This document shows positions 40,558 to 53,359 of a DNA stretch of 64,000 nt, piece after piece. The DNA is from Octopus sinensis (taxonomy: Eukaryota). Each line of letters begins with the position of its first letter. Positions within the stretch are counted from its first letter, which is position 1. The position numbers and the translations under genes were made by a program. The stretch spans positions 198,276,001 to 198,340,000 of the forward strand of contig NC_042997.1 of assembly GCF_006345805.1 (NCBI RefSeq), written 5' to 3'. The notes beneath the pieces were generated by a model that saw only the letters and a list, made by a program, of their open reading frames with translations, ran no database searches and was not told the origin of the DNA.

Positions 40558-43500
40558 TGTGTGAGTGTATAGGCTAGACGGACACAAACTCCATATACCT
40601 TATGGTGTGTGTGTTTGTAACTCTTCTGCATGTGAGTGTGTACGTTGTATAGTTGTTCTCTCAATTTATTCCTTTATCAAAGTTAGAGAAAGCCAGAAAT
40701 GTCAAGTTAGTTATCTCTTTTCTCTTACACAAAATAAAAGAAAAAAAAACACATCGGCAGTGATTGTGATCTCTATAGCTAATTTGTGCAGATCAACTCG
40801 ATAAATCATTCTGTATAGAAGAGTTGTTATTATTTATTTTTTTCCAGTTATATCACAATGACTTACTTACTTGCTATCATCGCCAGCAACATACACTCCG
40901 TCCTTACATATAAACGATCCACACGCTATCTAAACACTCTGCGCCAGACCTGCACTACTTCTGTGTACAAAGAGATTGTGAATACCATTCAATGTAGGAA
41001 TAACAATCAAGTCTTTTACAAAAGCACAAAGACACAATCATCCCACACATTTATCATGAAAACAGTAAGCTAGTACTCTGTATCCAGTAAACACTAACGT
41101 ACTTCGTCGCCTGTAGTCATGAATAAAACACAATTAAATGCTTTCGGTTAATCTCACGATCTCTGATACCCTTTGAAATTGATCCCACATATGTAAGATT
41201 GACAAACTTTAATCACAGAGTATGATCCTAGTTTAGAGTACGGAAATATTCCAGGACTAATAATCTGTAATCATTTACAAAGTACAATCGAGAACTGTGC
41301 ATATATGGCCTTGTGTTGTTCCTCTCATGCACAAATCCAAAGCCCTTGACTGCGAATGAAATATGCTACATGAGTTATCAAAGTACACAAGTTCAGAGAT
41401 GCTTTCTCCCTGTACCTATTTTATTAATACTTTTTTTTCTCTCTCTCTTTTACGATCCCTTTTGATCGAAAACTTACCCCTCTTTTAATTTTTAATTTTT
41501 ATTTTTCTTTCTTTTTTTGTCCTCCCCAAAAAGAAAAGCTCTACTTTGTAATTTGTCCCCTCTGTGTTCAGCCCTGTGTGGCTAATAAAGAAACATAATA
41601 CTACAAAAGCTTTTGTTTCTTCTGCAACTAACAGAAAAATATCTGACTCTACCATTAGTCTTCTACATTCAGAAAGCAAACAAAATGTATTGAATATTTA
41701 TAAGTATTAGATAGAAAAAATATAGTAAGAAAAATGAAAGCTTTCATGCTTTTCAGTAATATATTGTCAAACCCGATGACAGGTAAGCGAATGAGATAAA
41801 TGGAGCACTCTGAAAGTGTCAAATTCGACTAGAATAGACACATCGTTTCAGACCAATTTTGTCATATTTTACTGAAATTTTAATAGCACAGAATTATTTA
41901 TTTGCAATATATCAAACAAGACTCAGATTTGTATAGATTGAAAATAACCATATACATCAAGATATTAATACAAAATAGAAACAAGTAAGAGAAGTGGAAT
42001 GACATAAAATACAAATTGGAAATGTGGTTACAGATGTATGTGTGTATGTATGTATGTATGTATGTATGTATGTATGTATGTATGTATGTATGCGTGTATT
42101 TGATGTGTGTATTATTTCGAGAAATACGTATGTTTGTATGTGTGTACGTATATTCATATATATAACATCAACATACACATATGCACGCATACATATGCAT
42201 GCACACATATATATGCACGCATATGTATGTTTTTAAATATACATGCATGTGTGTGAGTGTACATATTTTATGATTTCGCTTAATCATAATGACACAAGTA
42301 ACCAGTTGTTAGAATTTAATAGACTTATGCTTTAGAGTAAAGTTTTGGGCGGATACAGAGCGTTATAACAGTTAATCATTAACAAAAGTACATTACTTAC
42401 GTATTCCCCTTAATTACCTTACAGCTGTTTCTAATATAAGGAGTATATATATATGTACATGCTCGTAAAATTTGAAGCCAATAATTTGCTAATTTTATAA
42501 TGGTTAACATTTCATACTTAACTCACTCGTAAATATGTTGAACTGTTTTAAATTATGATCTACTATTGGGTTGACGTTTATCAGATTCCAAAGTGTTTAC
42601 TTTTGACTCTTTTATATATACAATCTGTAATTTGTAACAAAGAGGTCAGCATTCTTTGATACATTAATTTTCACTTATGATAACATTTATTTTAAAGAAT
42701 TTGAAAATGTTTAAGTAGTCAGTCTTTAGTAAGAAACTACAGATATTAAACATTACATAACCACAACAAACACACCAAATATTATCATTAACAAATGTGA
42801 TGTTGGAAATACAAACGTGTGAATGGAAGTGGTATAAATGTCCATAAAAATATAGCTACTACTGACGAAAGCGTTTTCGGCAATCATTTTTTTCTTATTA
42901 TTATTTTGTAGGGATGGAGTTAATAATGTACAGGCAATAAATTAAGTATGGGATCAGTAAATTACATAACTAAAGATAGTTTAAATAGTTTAATGCGATG
43001 TAAATGGTAATGTATAGAGTTTAATTATTGATGCATGTTATAATCCACATTTTAATGAGGATACATTATTTATAAATAAAAATTGCCTGTGCTTATTTGT
43101 TTAATACGCACCCACACACTATAATATATGGTCATATATACGAAACATGCTCCTCTGTTAAACGATTTGCTATTACTTTAATTTACAATAATTTTACAGT
43201 ATCTGGATATTTAGTCAACACTCTAAGTTCATCGTGTTATTAACAGCAAACAGTTCGCCTACGATTTTATTTAATTACCACAGTGCTCTCTGAAATTCAC
43301 GTGAAGGTGATTTCTTCCAACAATAATTTATGATTCATTGTAATTATATTCAAACCATTTCAGTTCTTTACATTTTTAATTAGGAGTAATCAATCTCGAG
43401 ACTTTGTGCTTCAAGTAGTCCTTATTTTGCAAGCAACGCATAACCATCCATTCTGCAAAGATAACATTTCCTGCGCTGCTATCTTTCTGTCACAACTTAA

Positions 43501-43660
43501 CCATTTGTATTTGAAAACATGAAATATGAAATAAATCTGTCAGTAAAATTGTTCATTTGATTGCAAAATATGGTGACTGAAATAAATTGCTTTCGCCCAC
43601 AAACCTTTCAATTCACAGAGAATCTCTAGACATAACACACATTCCTTTAATCATCAAGAT

Positions 43661-44058
43661 ACTCTTTTTTACTCTTTTTACTTGTTTCAGTTATTTGAGT
43701 GTGGCCATGCTAGAGCACCGCCTTTAGGCGAGCAAATCGACCCCAGGACATATTCTTTGTAAGCCTAGTACTCATTCTATTGGTCTCTTTTGCCTAACCG
43801 CTATATTACGGGGACGTAAACACACCAGCACCGGTTGTCAAACGATGTAGGGGAACACACACACACACATATATATATATACATACATAGATACGACGGG
43901 CTTCTTTCAGTTTCCGTCTACTAAATCCACTCACAAGGCTTTGGTCGGCCCGAGGCTATAGTAGAAGACACTTGCCCAAGGTGTCACGCAGTGGGACAGA
44001 ACCCGGAACCATGTGGTTGGTAAGCAAGCTACTTCCCACACAGCCACTCCTACGTCTA
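43661..44058 (-). mobile_element. SINE S1
   Basis: Full reverse-complement copy. Confidence 0.88.
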
Positions 44059-45111
44059 TACGTAAAAAAGAATAGTACTGTTTCTATTGACACTGAATAC
44101 TTGATTTCTTTGACATAAAATAACAATTCGAGAAATGAAATTGCTTTATAAGAATCATTTAAGGATACTTTGTTATAAATCTCGTTGCACCTCTTTAGTT
44201 CATGAACTGGGAACGCTTTAATAAAGTATGAGGCCGCATTTCTGATGAGCAGCAATCATTCTTGTCCATTTGTAAACTTCACTTCAACCAAGAAGTAACA
44301 GATAATTGCATCTGATGATCAATCAAATAAGCTTTTAAAAATGTTCTCATGTAATGACGATGTTATAAGGTAAAAATAATAAAACATTTTGAAATTATAT
44401 CTCGTTGTAATCAACTTAGTGGGCCTGTAGCTTGTAAATATTCTTCTCACTTCGTTGCTGTTTATGATATGACTGAATGGCAAGGAACTCGTTATATTTA
44501 TACTTATACACGGAATATGAATGATGTAAATTTGTATATACGACACGCAGTAGCTTTTTCTTGAAACAAGACAAGAAAGTGTCTGGAATGTAGAATGCGA
44601 GTTATTCCATCAGATAAATCTCCTGTGTGGTTACGTGACGTGTTTGCATAGATGAGGAAACTGGAATCGATTATGCAGACAACATCATCGAGTCAAACGA
44701 CGTCGCGAAATTATATAAAAACTTTGGATTATAGGGAATCATAATTGTTAGGTCAAATATTGATCCTTTTATAATTGCAAATTAATAGATCGATGCATTC
44801 TCTAAACATATCAAAATGACAAATTTATTGGAAATGTTTCAGCAAAACTTTAACGTTCCAATATCATTGCTATCTACCTATAAGTATTTGCCTTCTGACA
44901 TTGTCTGGCTGTATGTGTCACTGAATTACACACACACTCTCTCTCTCCCATTATCTCTCTCTCCCTCATTCTCTCTCTCTCCCTCATTCTCTCTCTTTCT
45001 CCCTCATTCTTTCTCTCTCTTTCCCTCATTCTCCCTCTCTCTCATTCTCTCTCCCTCACTGTTTCCATGCATAAAACCTGCGTATGGTCTTACGTATATA
45101 AAGTTGTAGAA

Positions 45112-45522
45112 GGCGAGCTGGCAGAAATGTTAGCACGCCGGGCGAAATGCGTAGCCGCATTTCGTTTGCCGTTACGTTCTGAGTTCAAATTCCGCCGAGG
45201 TCGACTTTGACTTTCATCCTTTCGGGGTCGATTAAATAAGTACCAGTTGCGCACTGGGGTCGATATAATCAACTTATTACCTCTGTCTGTCCTTGTTTGT
45301 CCTCTTTGTGTGTAGCCCCTTGTGAGTAGTAAAGAAATAGGTATTTCGTCTGTCGTTACGTTCTGAGTTCAAATTCCGCCGGGGTCGACTTTGCCTTTCA
45401 TCCTTTCGGGGTCGATAAATAAAGTACCAGTTTCGCACTGGGGTCGATGTAATCGATTTAATCCCTTTGTCTGTCCTTGTTTGTCCCCTCTATGTTTAGC
45501 CCCTTGTGGGCAGTAAAGAAAA
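45112..45522 (+). mobile_element. SINE S2 dimer with target-site duplication
   Basis: Two head-to-tail units; GTATATAAAGTTGTA direct repeat on both flanks. Confidence 0.88.
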
Positions 45523-45849
45523 TGTATATAAAGTTGTAAGAGACATAACATCCAAACCAATACAATTCTCTATGGTTTCGTTTAAGACAAAACATCGTTG
45601 AGAGATTTGCTTTTGTTCTCTGCATTGAATCCGATAGTAGATATTCTTTACTCTTCGAACCAAACGAGACCATCCATTCTGTGCACGTAAGCTTTGTTGC
45701 GCTGCTTCTCAGTCAGCTAAATATGATTATCATACCCGACTCGGTATTACCTTGCCTAATCAACCGAATTAACATATATACTTAGGCGATTCCTAAAGAT
45801 ACAAAGGCTAATTCCCTGCTTGGTTACTTATTAATCTATCTCAAACACG

Positions 45850-45902
<53 letters not shown>

Positions 45903-46157
45903 TTATGAATGCGTAAATATGTATACACATGAATATAAATTATAGTATTTTATATAGAGATTGTTAACTTTAACAATATTCAGAAACAGGCTAGAATCGA
46001 AGTTACATTCAATTTTTGAAGTTGGCCAGAATGTAACGAAGTAAGCTGTCTTTTTATATGTTGCTATCATTGTATCTTTCTTGTCGTGCAGCATCCTGAT
46101 GAGGAGAGTGTCTGTTTCATTAAAATATGAAATTTACATCATATTATTTACATCATT

Positions 46158-46430
46158 ACATCTTTAACATCCTCCCTAAATGCCTGAGAGACTTACATGG
46201 TGTGGATGTGGGTTTCTTTAAAACTAAACTGGATCTCTTCTTGCTGGGAGTCCCAGATGAACCTACCTCACGACAGGAGACACGGATGCGGGCAGCAGCA
46301 TCGAACTCCCTTGTTGATCAAGTGCCACGTATCAGAGGTGGATTCACAAACTAGTGTAGCTCATTCAGCGGTGGTGCCCCAGCATGGCCGCGGCCTTCGG
46401 GCTAGAACATTTTTAAGGATTTAAGGATTT
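46158..46430 (+). mobile_element. 3' fragment of related CR1-group LINE
   Basis: Peptide IFNILPKCLRDLHGVDVGFFKTKLDLFLLGVPDEPTSRQE..MRAAASNSL matches the C-terminus of the 31893 ORF; (AAGGATTT)n tail. Confidence 0.9.
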
Positions 46431-46764
46431 ATCTGACATGTCTCCGAAACGGCCCGTCGATGGAACATTATCTTCGTATATCAGTATGTCCTTTTAATGT
46501 TTAATAATTTCAAACTTTCAACTGGACTCTTACGTTTGCAGTGCACAGGTGAGATGTTGCGGAATCATTAACACGCCGGACAATGACATTTCGTCCGTCG
46601 TTGCGTTCTGCGTTCAATTCCCGCTGTGGTCGACTTTGTCTTCCATCCTTTGTCTTTTATCCTATAGCAAAATACACTTGCCACGCAGTGGGACTGAAAC
46701 CGGGACCATGTGGTTGGGAGGCGAGCATCTTATCACACAGGCACGCCTGCGTCTATATGCATAT

Positions 46765-47047
46765 CACGTGATCACGTGACCGACCAGACCATCAGCTGTT
46801 GTTACACATCGCTGGTCACAATGCGTTCGCATTGTTTTAGCCTTTGAATGACGCCACCCCGCTGGCGAAGCGAACAGGCCAATTGAAGAAAGAGTGAGAG
46901 AAAGAGTGGTGAAGGAGTACAGCAGGGATCACCACCCCCTGCAGGAGCGTCGTGGAGCTTTTAGGTGTTTTCGCTCAATAAACACACACAACGCCCGGTC
47001 TGGGAATCGAAACCTAGTGCCCTAACCACTAGGTCATTGCGCCTCCA
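46765..47047 (-). mobile_element. SINE S3
   Basis: Copy with internal deletion in head. Confidence 0.82.
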
Positions 47048-47190
47048 CCTATGCATATACCTAGTTTTAATATATATATCTACTGACTCGGAAGACTGCT
47101 TCGGATCTCTAGCACCTGCCTCAGTTGTGAACTTGGTACCTAACGGATGACAAATAGTAGCACTTACGCAACGTAACTATTCGTTTAGAT

Positions 47191-47363
47191 CAGTGGTTCC
47201 CAAAGTGGGCGGTACTGCCCCACTGGTGGCGGTGAAATGTTCCAGGGGTGGGGGTGGGGGGCGTTGAAGAAAAGTGAGGTGATAACTGGGTAGCGATTTA
47301 TGTAAAAAGTGGGGCGATAATTGGGTAGTGATCCATGTAAAAACAACAAAACTGTGGGTTCTT
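47191..47363 (+). mobile_element. hAT-like non-autonomous element left part, interrupted by mariner
   Basis: Starts CAGTGGTTCCCAAAGTGGG (hAT-type terminus); probable continuation 48639-48772. Confidence 0.5.
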
Positions 47364-47365
47364 TA

Positions 47366-48636
47366 CGAGGGGCGTTCAATAAGTAATGCCCCTGACCCAC
47401 TTGCAGTTGTTTGATCTAGCTGAAATAAGTGCATCTGCACTTATTTATCCCTCTATAGATTAAGTGGCGAATTACAGCTCTGAACTAATTGTGATTTCTG
47501 ATTTACAGGTGTTTGAACTGAGTCAAGTGTGAAATGGAGCCTGTTGAGTGTCGAGCAGTGATCTGGTTTTTGTATTTGAAAGGACGCACACTACGGGAGA
47601 CTTTTGATGAAATGAAAGTAACTTATGGTGATGATGCCCCATCATATGACCTTGTAAAACGCTGGCATTGTGAATTCAAACATAGTCGGAACTCTGTGGA
47701 AACAGCTCCCAGATCTGGTCGCCTCCTTCTGCCGTTGATGAGACGTCTGTCCGTCAAGTTGAGGCTGCCATTTTGGAAGGTCAACGCATAACTATTCGCC
47801 AAATAGTCCATGAGGTCAAGATTAGTACCAGGTCTGTGAAAACTATCATTCATAACCATTTGCATATGCAAAAGGTGTCTGCCAGATGGATTTCCAGGTT
47901 GCTCACACCTTTCCAGAAGCAAGAACGCGTCGAGTGCTCGAGGATGAATTTGGAGATGTGCCAAGAAGATGAGTCAAAATTTTTCAAAAGACTGATCACA
48001 CAGGATAAAACCTGGGTCCATCACTATGATCCAGAGACCAAAGCCCAGTCAATGCAGTGAAAGCACCGTGACTCACCTCCTCCAAAGAAGGCAAGGGTGC
48101 AGCCCTCCGCTGACAAGGTTATGCTCACAGACTTCTGAGATCAGGACGGAGTAGTGATGACAGATTTCCTGGCAAAGGGTACCACAATTACAGGAGCCTA
48201 TTATGCTTCACTTTTGAGGAAATTAAGAGAAGCTATCAAAATCAAGAGGCGGGGCAAGATCAGCAAAGGCATCCTCCTCCTGCAGGACAACGCTCCGGTC
48301 CACAACTCGCGTGTCGCCAGATCAGAAGCACAGGCGTGCAGCTATGAACTCCTCCCCTTGCACCCTCTGATTTTCACCTCTTCCCAGCCATGAAGTTGAT
48401 TTTGAAAGGAAAGCGTTTCCCAGATGATGCAGCCTTGATTTCTGAAGTCACGTCGTGGTTGGAGGACCAAGCTGGGGTCTTCTACAAAAACGGTCTCCAG
48501 AGCTGTATCAAACGATGGTAGAAATGCGTAACTCTGGGTGGTTCCTATGTAGGAAAAGACTAATAACTGTTCCAAGTGACGTTGCTCTACTGCTATGGAA
48601 AGTGGGTCAGGGGCATTACTTATTGAACGCCCCTCG
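47366..48636 (+). mobile_element. full-length mariner (DD34D) transposon
   Basis: ~37-bp perfect TIRs CGAGGGGCGTTCAATAAGTAATGCCCCTGACCCACTT, TA target duplication at 47364-47365 and 48637-48638. Confidence 0.96.
47534..48563 (+). pseudogene. mariner transposase, frameshifted
   Basis: Pieces APRSGR, KVSARWISRLL, LITQDKTWVHHYDPETK, LLQDNAPVH, SDFHLF over several frames with stops. Confidence 0.92.
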
Positions 48637-48809
48637 TAGGTTAAGTAATATTTGTGAAATACAGTTGCTTTGAATTTGCTTCAGAAAGAGGTCTATGTTT
48701 GTGATGGTTAGTTGAGTTGGGGGTGCTAGGAATGTGGCCTGGGTGTCAAGAGGGAGGACTCGGTAAAAGTTTTGTGTGTGTGCATGCGTGTGTTTCTTGA
48801 TATATATAT

Positions 48810-49106
48810 CACGTGATCACACGTGACCGACCAGACCATCAGATGTTGTTACACATCGCTGGTCACAATGCGTTCGCATTGTTTTAGCCTTCGAATGACG
48901 CCACCCCGCTGGCTAAGCGAGCAGGCCAACAGAAGAAAGAGTGAGAGAAAGAGTGGTGAAAGAGTACAGCAGGGATCACCACCCCCTGCTGGAGCGTCGT
49001 GGAGCTTTTAGGTGTTTTCGCTCAATAAACACTCACAACGCCCGGTCTGGGAATCGAAGCCGCGATCCTGCGACCGCGAGTCCGCTGCCGTAACCACTGG
49101 GCCTCC
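48810..49106 (-). mobile_element. SINE S3
   Basis: Near full-length reverse-complement copy. Confidence 0.85.
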
Positions 49107-49124
<18 letters not shown>

Positions 49125-49168
<44 letters not shown>

Positions 49169-49809
49169 TAATATTCTGTTGTGTCTGGGGAGTGTTATTC
49201 TCTTTTAATGCCTTATTATTTAACACACTCACCAGTAAAATTTCCACTTATTTCTTATTTTTATTTTCTAAAACTTTCGTTGCGTCTTGCAACCTTTTCA
49301 ATAGTCTTGACTCTGTCCGTTATTTACACTGCGTTCCCTTTTGTTAGTCTGTGTGCATGTGTGTTTGGGTCAGTGTGTGTGTGTGTGTGTGCCTTACATG
49401 CATGCATGTACGTATGTATTTGTGTGTGTGTTTGCATGTGTATGTATGTATATATGTGTGTGTATGCATATGTATGTATGCAGGATACTTACATACAGAT
49501 GCACACACATGCATCCATACATATGCATACACACACATATATACATACATACACATGCAAACACACACATACGTACATGTATGCATGTATAGGCACACAC
49601 ACACACACTGACCCACACACATGCGCACAAACAAACAAAAAGGAACGCAGTGTAAATAACGGACAGAGTCAAGACTATTGAAAAGGTTGCAAGACGCAAC
49701 GAACATTTTAGAAAATAAAAATAAGAAATAAGTGGAAATTTTACTGGTGAGTGTGTTAAATAATAAGGCACTAAAGAGAATAACACTCCCCAGACACAAC
49801 AGAATATTA

Positions 49810-49846
<37 letters not shown>
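49125..49846. repeat. long near-perfect inverted repeat with microsatellite-rich core
   Basis: 49165-49375 is the reverse complement of 49605-49815 with few substitutions. Confidence 0.93.
49268..49304 (-). ncRNA. hammerhead-like motif with U3-A8 core
   Basis: Minus strand CTA-TTGAAAA-G-GTTGC(AAGAC)GCAAC-GAAA-GT-TT-TAG; mirror at 49675-49711, third copy 53777-53815. Confidence 0.5.
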
Positions 49847-49907
<61 letters not shown>

Positions 49908-50112
49908 CGGAGGCCCAGTGGTTACGGCAGCGGAACAGAATATGCTTCAACACACGAACTCATATAAAGAATCTTGCAAACCAAATCCAAAAATGTAATA
50001 TATATATATATATATCGGAGGCCCAGTGGTTACGGCAGCGGAACAGAATATGCTTCAACACACGAACTCATATAAAGAATCTTGCAAACCAAATCCAAAA
50101 ATGTAATATATA

Positions 50113-50145
<33 letters not shown>

Positions 50146-50733
50146 ACCTATGAACCTCTGGGCGTGTCCTTCATTTAGATACCCATCAAATTAAACACTC
50201 CCCAGTTATGTTTCTAAGTTTGTATGTATGTATGTATGTATGTATGTATGTATGTATGTATAATGTTGCCCAATTTTTATGTCAGTTCGAAGTTGATGTA
50301 ACGCTAATGATCTTGAATTAGACAGCAGCGAGGTCAGCAGAAGTTCATTGCTCCAACAAAAGATGTCATTGAAACGTCAGACTACTTCTGCCTTTCAGAT
50401 CTTAACCAAATTGACTGTTGTCTGATGCATTAAATAATAATATATTTTATCAAGCCATAGAATAAAAAATTCAGATTTTTTAATAGTTGCTATGTAACAG
50501 TGAGTAACGTAATTGTTATGGCGTACGACTCAATTCCACGGGTTCGCTTCTAGGCCTGTGAGAGTCATTTCTATCTATGTGCAAGACATTATTTCATGTT
50601 GCTCGAGTCTTCTTATATGAAATGGGCACCATCCAAGTGCTGGGGCAACTACTTTTCTCCCCAGTTTTCACACCCAGGAAGTTCCGCTGTAAAACGTGCG
50701 AGGGCTGAGAGGATAGGTAGGTCTGCATGAGAA

Positions 50734-50968
50734 GGCGGCGAGCTGGCAGAATCGTTAGCACACCGGGCGAAATGCCTACCGGTATTTCGTCTGCCGCTAC
50801 TTTCTGAGTTCAAACTCCGCCGAGGTCGACTTTGCCTTTCATCCTTTCGGGGTCGATAAATTAAGTATCAGTTACGCACTGGGGTCGATGTAATCGGCTT
50901 AATCTGTTTATCTGTCCTTGTTTGTCCTCTCTGCGTTTAGCCCCATATGGGTAGTAAATAAATAGGTA
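50734..50968 (+). mobile_element. SINE S2
   Basis: Full unit with imperfect flanking duplication. Confidence 0.87.
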
Positions 50969-52067
50969 TGTCTGCTTGAGACAAGTTCACTAAAACTATT
51001 AGCATGTACCATAGTACATGCTACTGTCTTATTTTCTGGAGACTCACGGCGGCAACAGCAGCAGTAGTAGTGACGGTGGTTGTGTTAATGTTATTTGTGA
51101 TGATGGTGGCGTTAGTTGTATTGTTGTCTGCGGGGGTTGTTGTTGTTGTTCTTCTTCTTCGAATCAGGACTCACGCCATTAGCCACAAAGAATAATCTCT
51201 AATTCGAGTCTGCTCTAAGCTACTAAGAATGCGTGTGGCAACTTGAAGAACCACCCACCACATGCGATTGACTGGCGGTTGCACGGGCGCGAAAGCTACG
51301 TTGTTATCCTCATTCCGTAAACGGTGGCTTTTAACGGGTGGAGACCTGAACCGTCCTGGGGTACAGAGGATTCGCAATCTAGACTAGGGTCTGAAAGTTT
51401 ACCATACCATAGTGGGTCACCGCTTTGTGACAGAAGTTGGAAGAAGGAGTGAGAGAAAGTTGTGGTGAAAGAGTACAGCGGGGTTCATCCCTCCACACGC
51501 CGGAGGCTCGCGGAGCTTACGTGTTTTTGCTCAATATACACTCACAATGCCCGGTCTGGGAATTGAAACCGCGTTCTTACGACCGCGAGTTCGCTGCCCT
51601 AACCACTGGGCCATTGCACCTCCACAGGGGATTGTCGTTGTTAATCGTGGTGGTGATGACGGCGGATTTTGAATGATGAAATATATTTTCAGTTCAAAAG
51701 TGCAAGCCTTATATTGAGGGACCGATTTAGAAGCATAAGTCAAAGTTACCACTAAGAAACTACATCAATCACACCAGTTGCGTAGACGCGAGAAGCAATC
51801 AGCTTACTGGGAAAGAGTTCACTGTATGCAAGGTAACGCAACTGAACCGGCATAAAATAGAAGTGCTTTACTACTGAGTGAATGCCTTCTGGTTACAGAA
51901 CTTTGTATTTTTCATTTACTCTTCTTTCTATCGAAGAACTGTTATGCATGGATATATCATATAATTGGGACCCCCCGCCCTCCAAAAAAAATACTGAAAT
52001 GCACGTTCTAAGAAAGCAAAACCACAACATCTCTTTTATGCTAAACTGTAATATCATTCATCCAAAC

Positions 52068-52470
52068 TTACTCTTTCACTTTGTTTCAGTATTTGACTGC
52101 GCCATAGTGGAGCAGCGCCTTTAGTCGAGCAAATCAACCCCAGGACTTATTCTTTATAAGCCTAGTAATTATTCTATCGGTCACTTTGCCGAAGCGCTAA
52201 GATATGGGGACGTAAACACACCAGCATCGGTTGTCAAGCGATGTTCAGGGGAGAAACACAGACACACAAACATACACACACACACGCGCACATATATATA
52301 CATATATACGACGGGCTTCTTTGAGTTTCCGTCTACCAAATCCACTTACAAGGCTTTGGTCGGCCCGAGGCTATAGTAGAAGACACTTGCCCAAGGTGCC
52401 ACGCATTGTGAATGAACCCGGAACCATGTGGTTGGTAATCAAGCTACTTACCACACAGCCACTCCTGTGC
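52068..52470 (-). mobile_element. SINE S1
   Basis: Full reverse-complement copy. Confidence 0.87.
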
Positions 52471-53025
52471 CTTAGTTTAATTTATGTAAATAACAAGCGT
52501 TGCAAATTCTGAACTTTTGATGACGACTTTAATTTATGTTCATATCTGTAACTGTATTGCTTGGGATTATTTTCCTCCGCTAATGAGGAAAATACTTCGG
52601 CCTGACAGCTGCTGACAAGACACATAACTGGGATTTATAACTAACAAGCTTTCTTGACACACAGACCTTCTGTTCGCTAATAACTCGATTTTGAACTTAA
52701 ATTCAGCGAGGAATATTCTGCATAGACATTTGACCTGCGCGAAATAGTGACCAAATTTTCATCAAACACCACGCTAACTTCTTAAACAAGAACACGCTAC
52801 ATAATGTAGTCTAAAATAGGCTTGTCATGGTTAGAGATTTTTAAATACAGTTCTATATTTCTGAGATACGTATTCTGAATTATTATTTAAAAAAAAGTTT
52901 GATTCGGTTCTCCAACACTTCAAGTTTTACCGGCCCCTTAGTGGGAGACCGAATTATTCAGACTACTGGAATGCCGAATCTATTGTATATTATATATTAT
53001 GTATTATGTATTATTATTTATACAT

Positions 53026-53359
53026 TACGAGTCAAACGCCTCCTGTCCAATGGACGGTGCTGACTTAATTGGTATCTTAAATATACTGCATTTTGTGGCA
53101 TTATTTCAGGCCAGCCGGATTTTTTGCGCGCAAACTGCACGTGCATTTTTCTCGCGTACGTGTAGTACCGATTGCAACAGCTGATGTACTTGCGCATACA
53201 AATGCACGTTCTCACGGCTTTATCGATCGCATTCTCACCTGGAATTGATTTTTGTAATTTTTTCAAGACGGTATCTACGTATCAAATCTGAGCGCAATCG
53301 GATGGAGGATGCCTAGAAGACACACACACAGTCAGACAGAACGGATTTTATATAATAGA
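53026..53359 (-). mobile_element. short non-autonomous Helitron-like element
   Basis: Minus strand begins A|TCTATTATATAAAATCCGTTCTGTCTG; ends with hairpin CCGTCCATTGGACAGG about 10 nt before CTCG|T. Confidence 0.55.

Noticed and set aside
42416-42433. Minus-strand GAAA-CAGCTG-TA-AGG half motif
   Set aside because: No upstream CUGANGA box found.
51236-51306. GGCAAC-TTGAAGA...GAAA-GCTAC-GTTGTT
   Set aside because: Register off by one and stem II unclear; too ambiguous to call.
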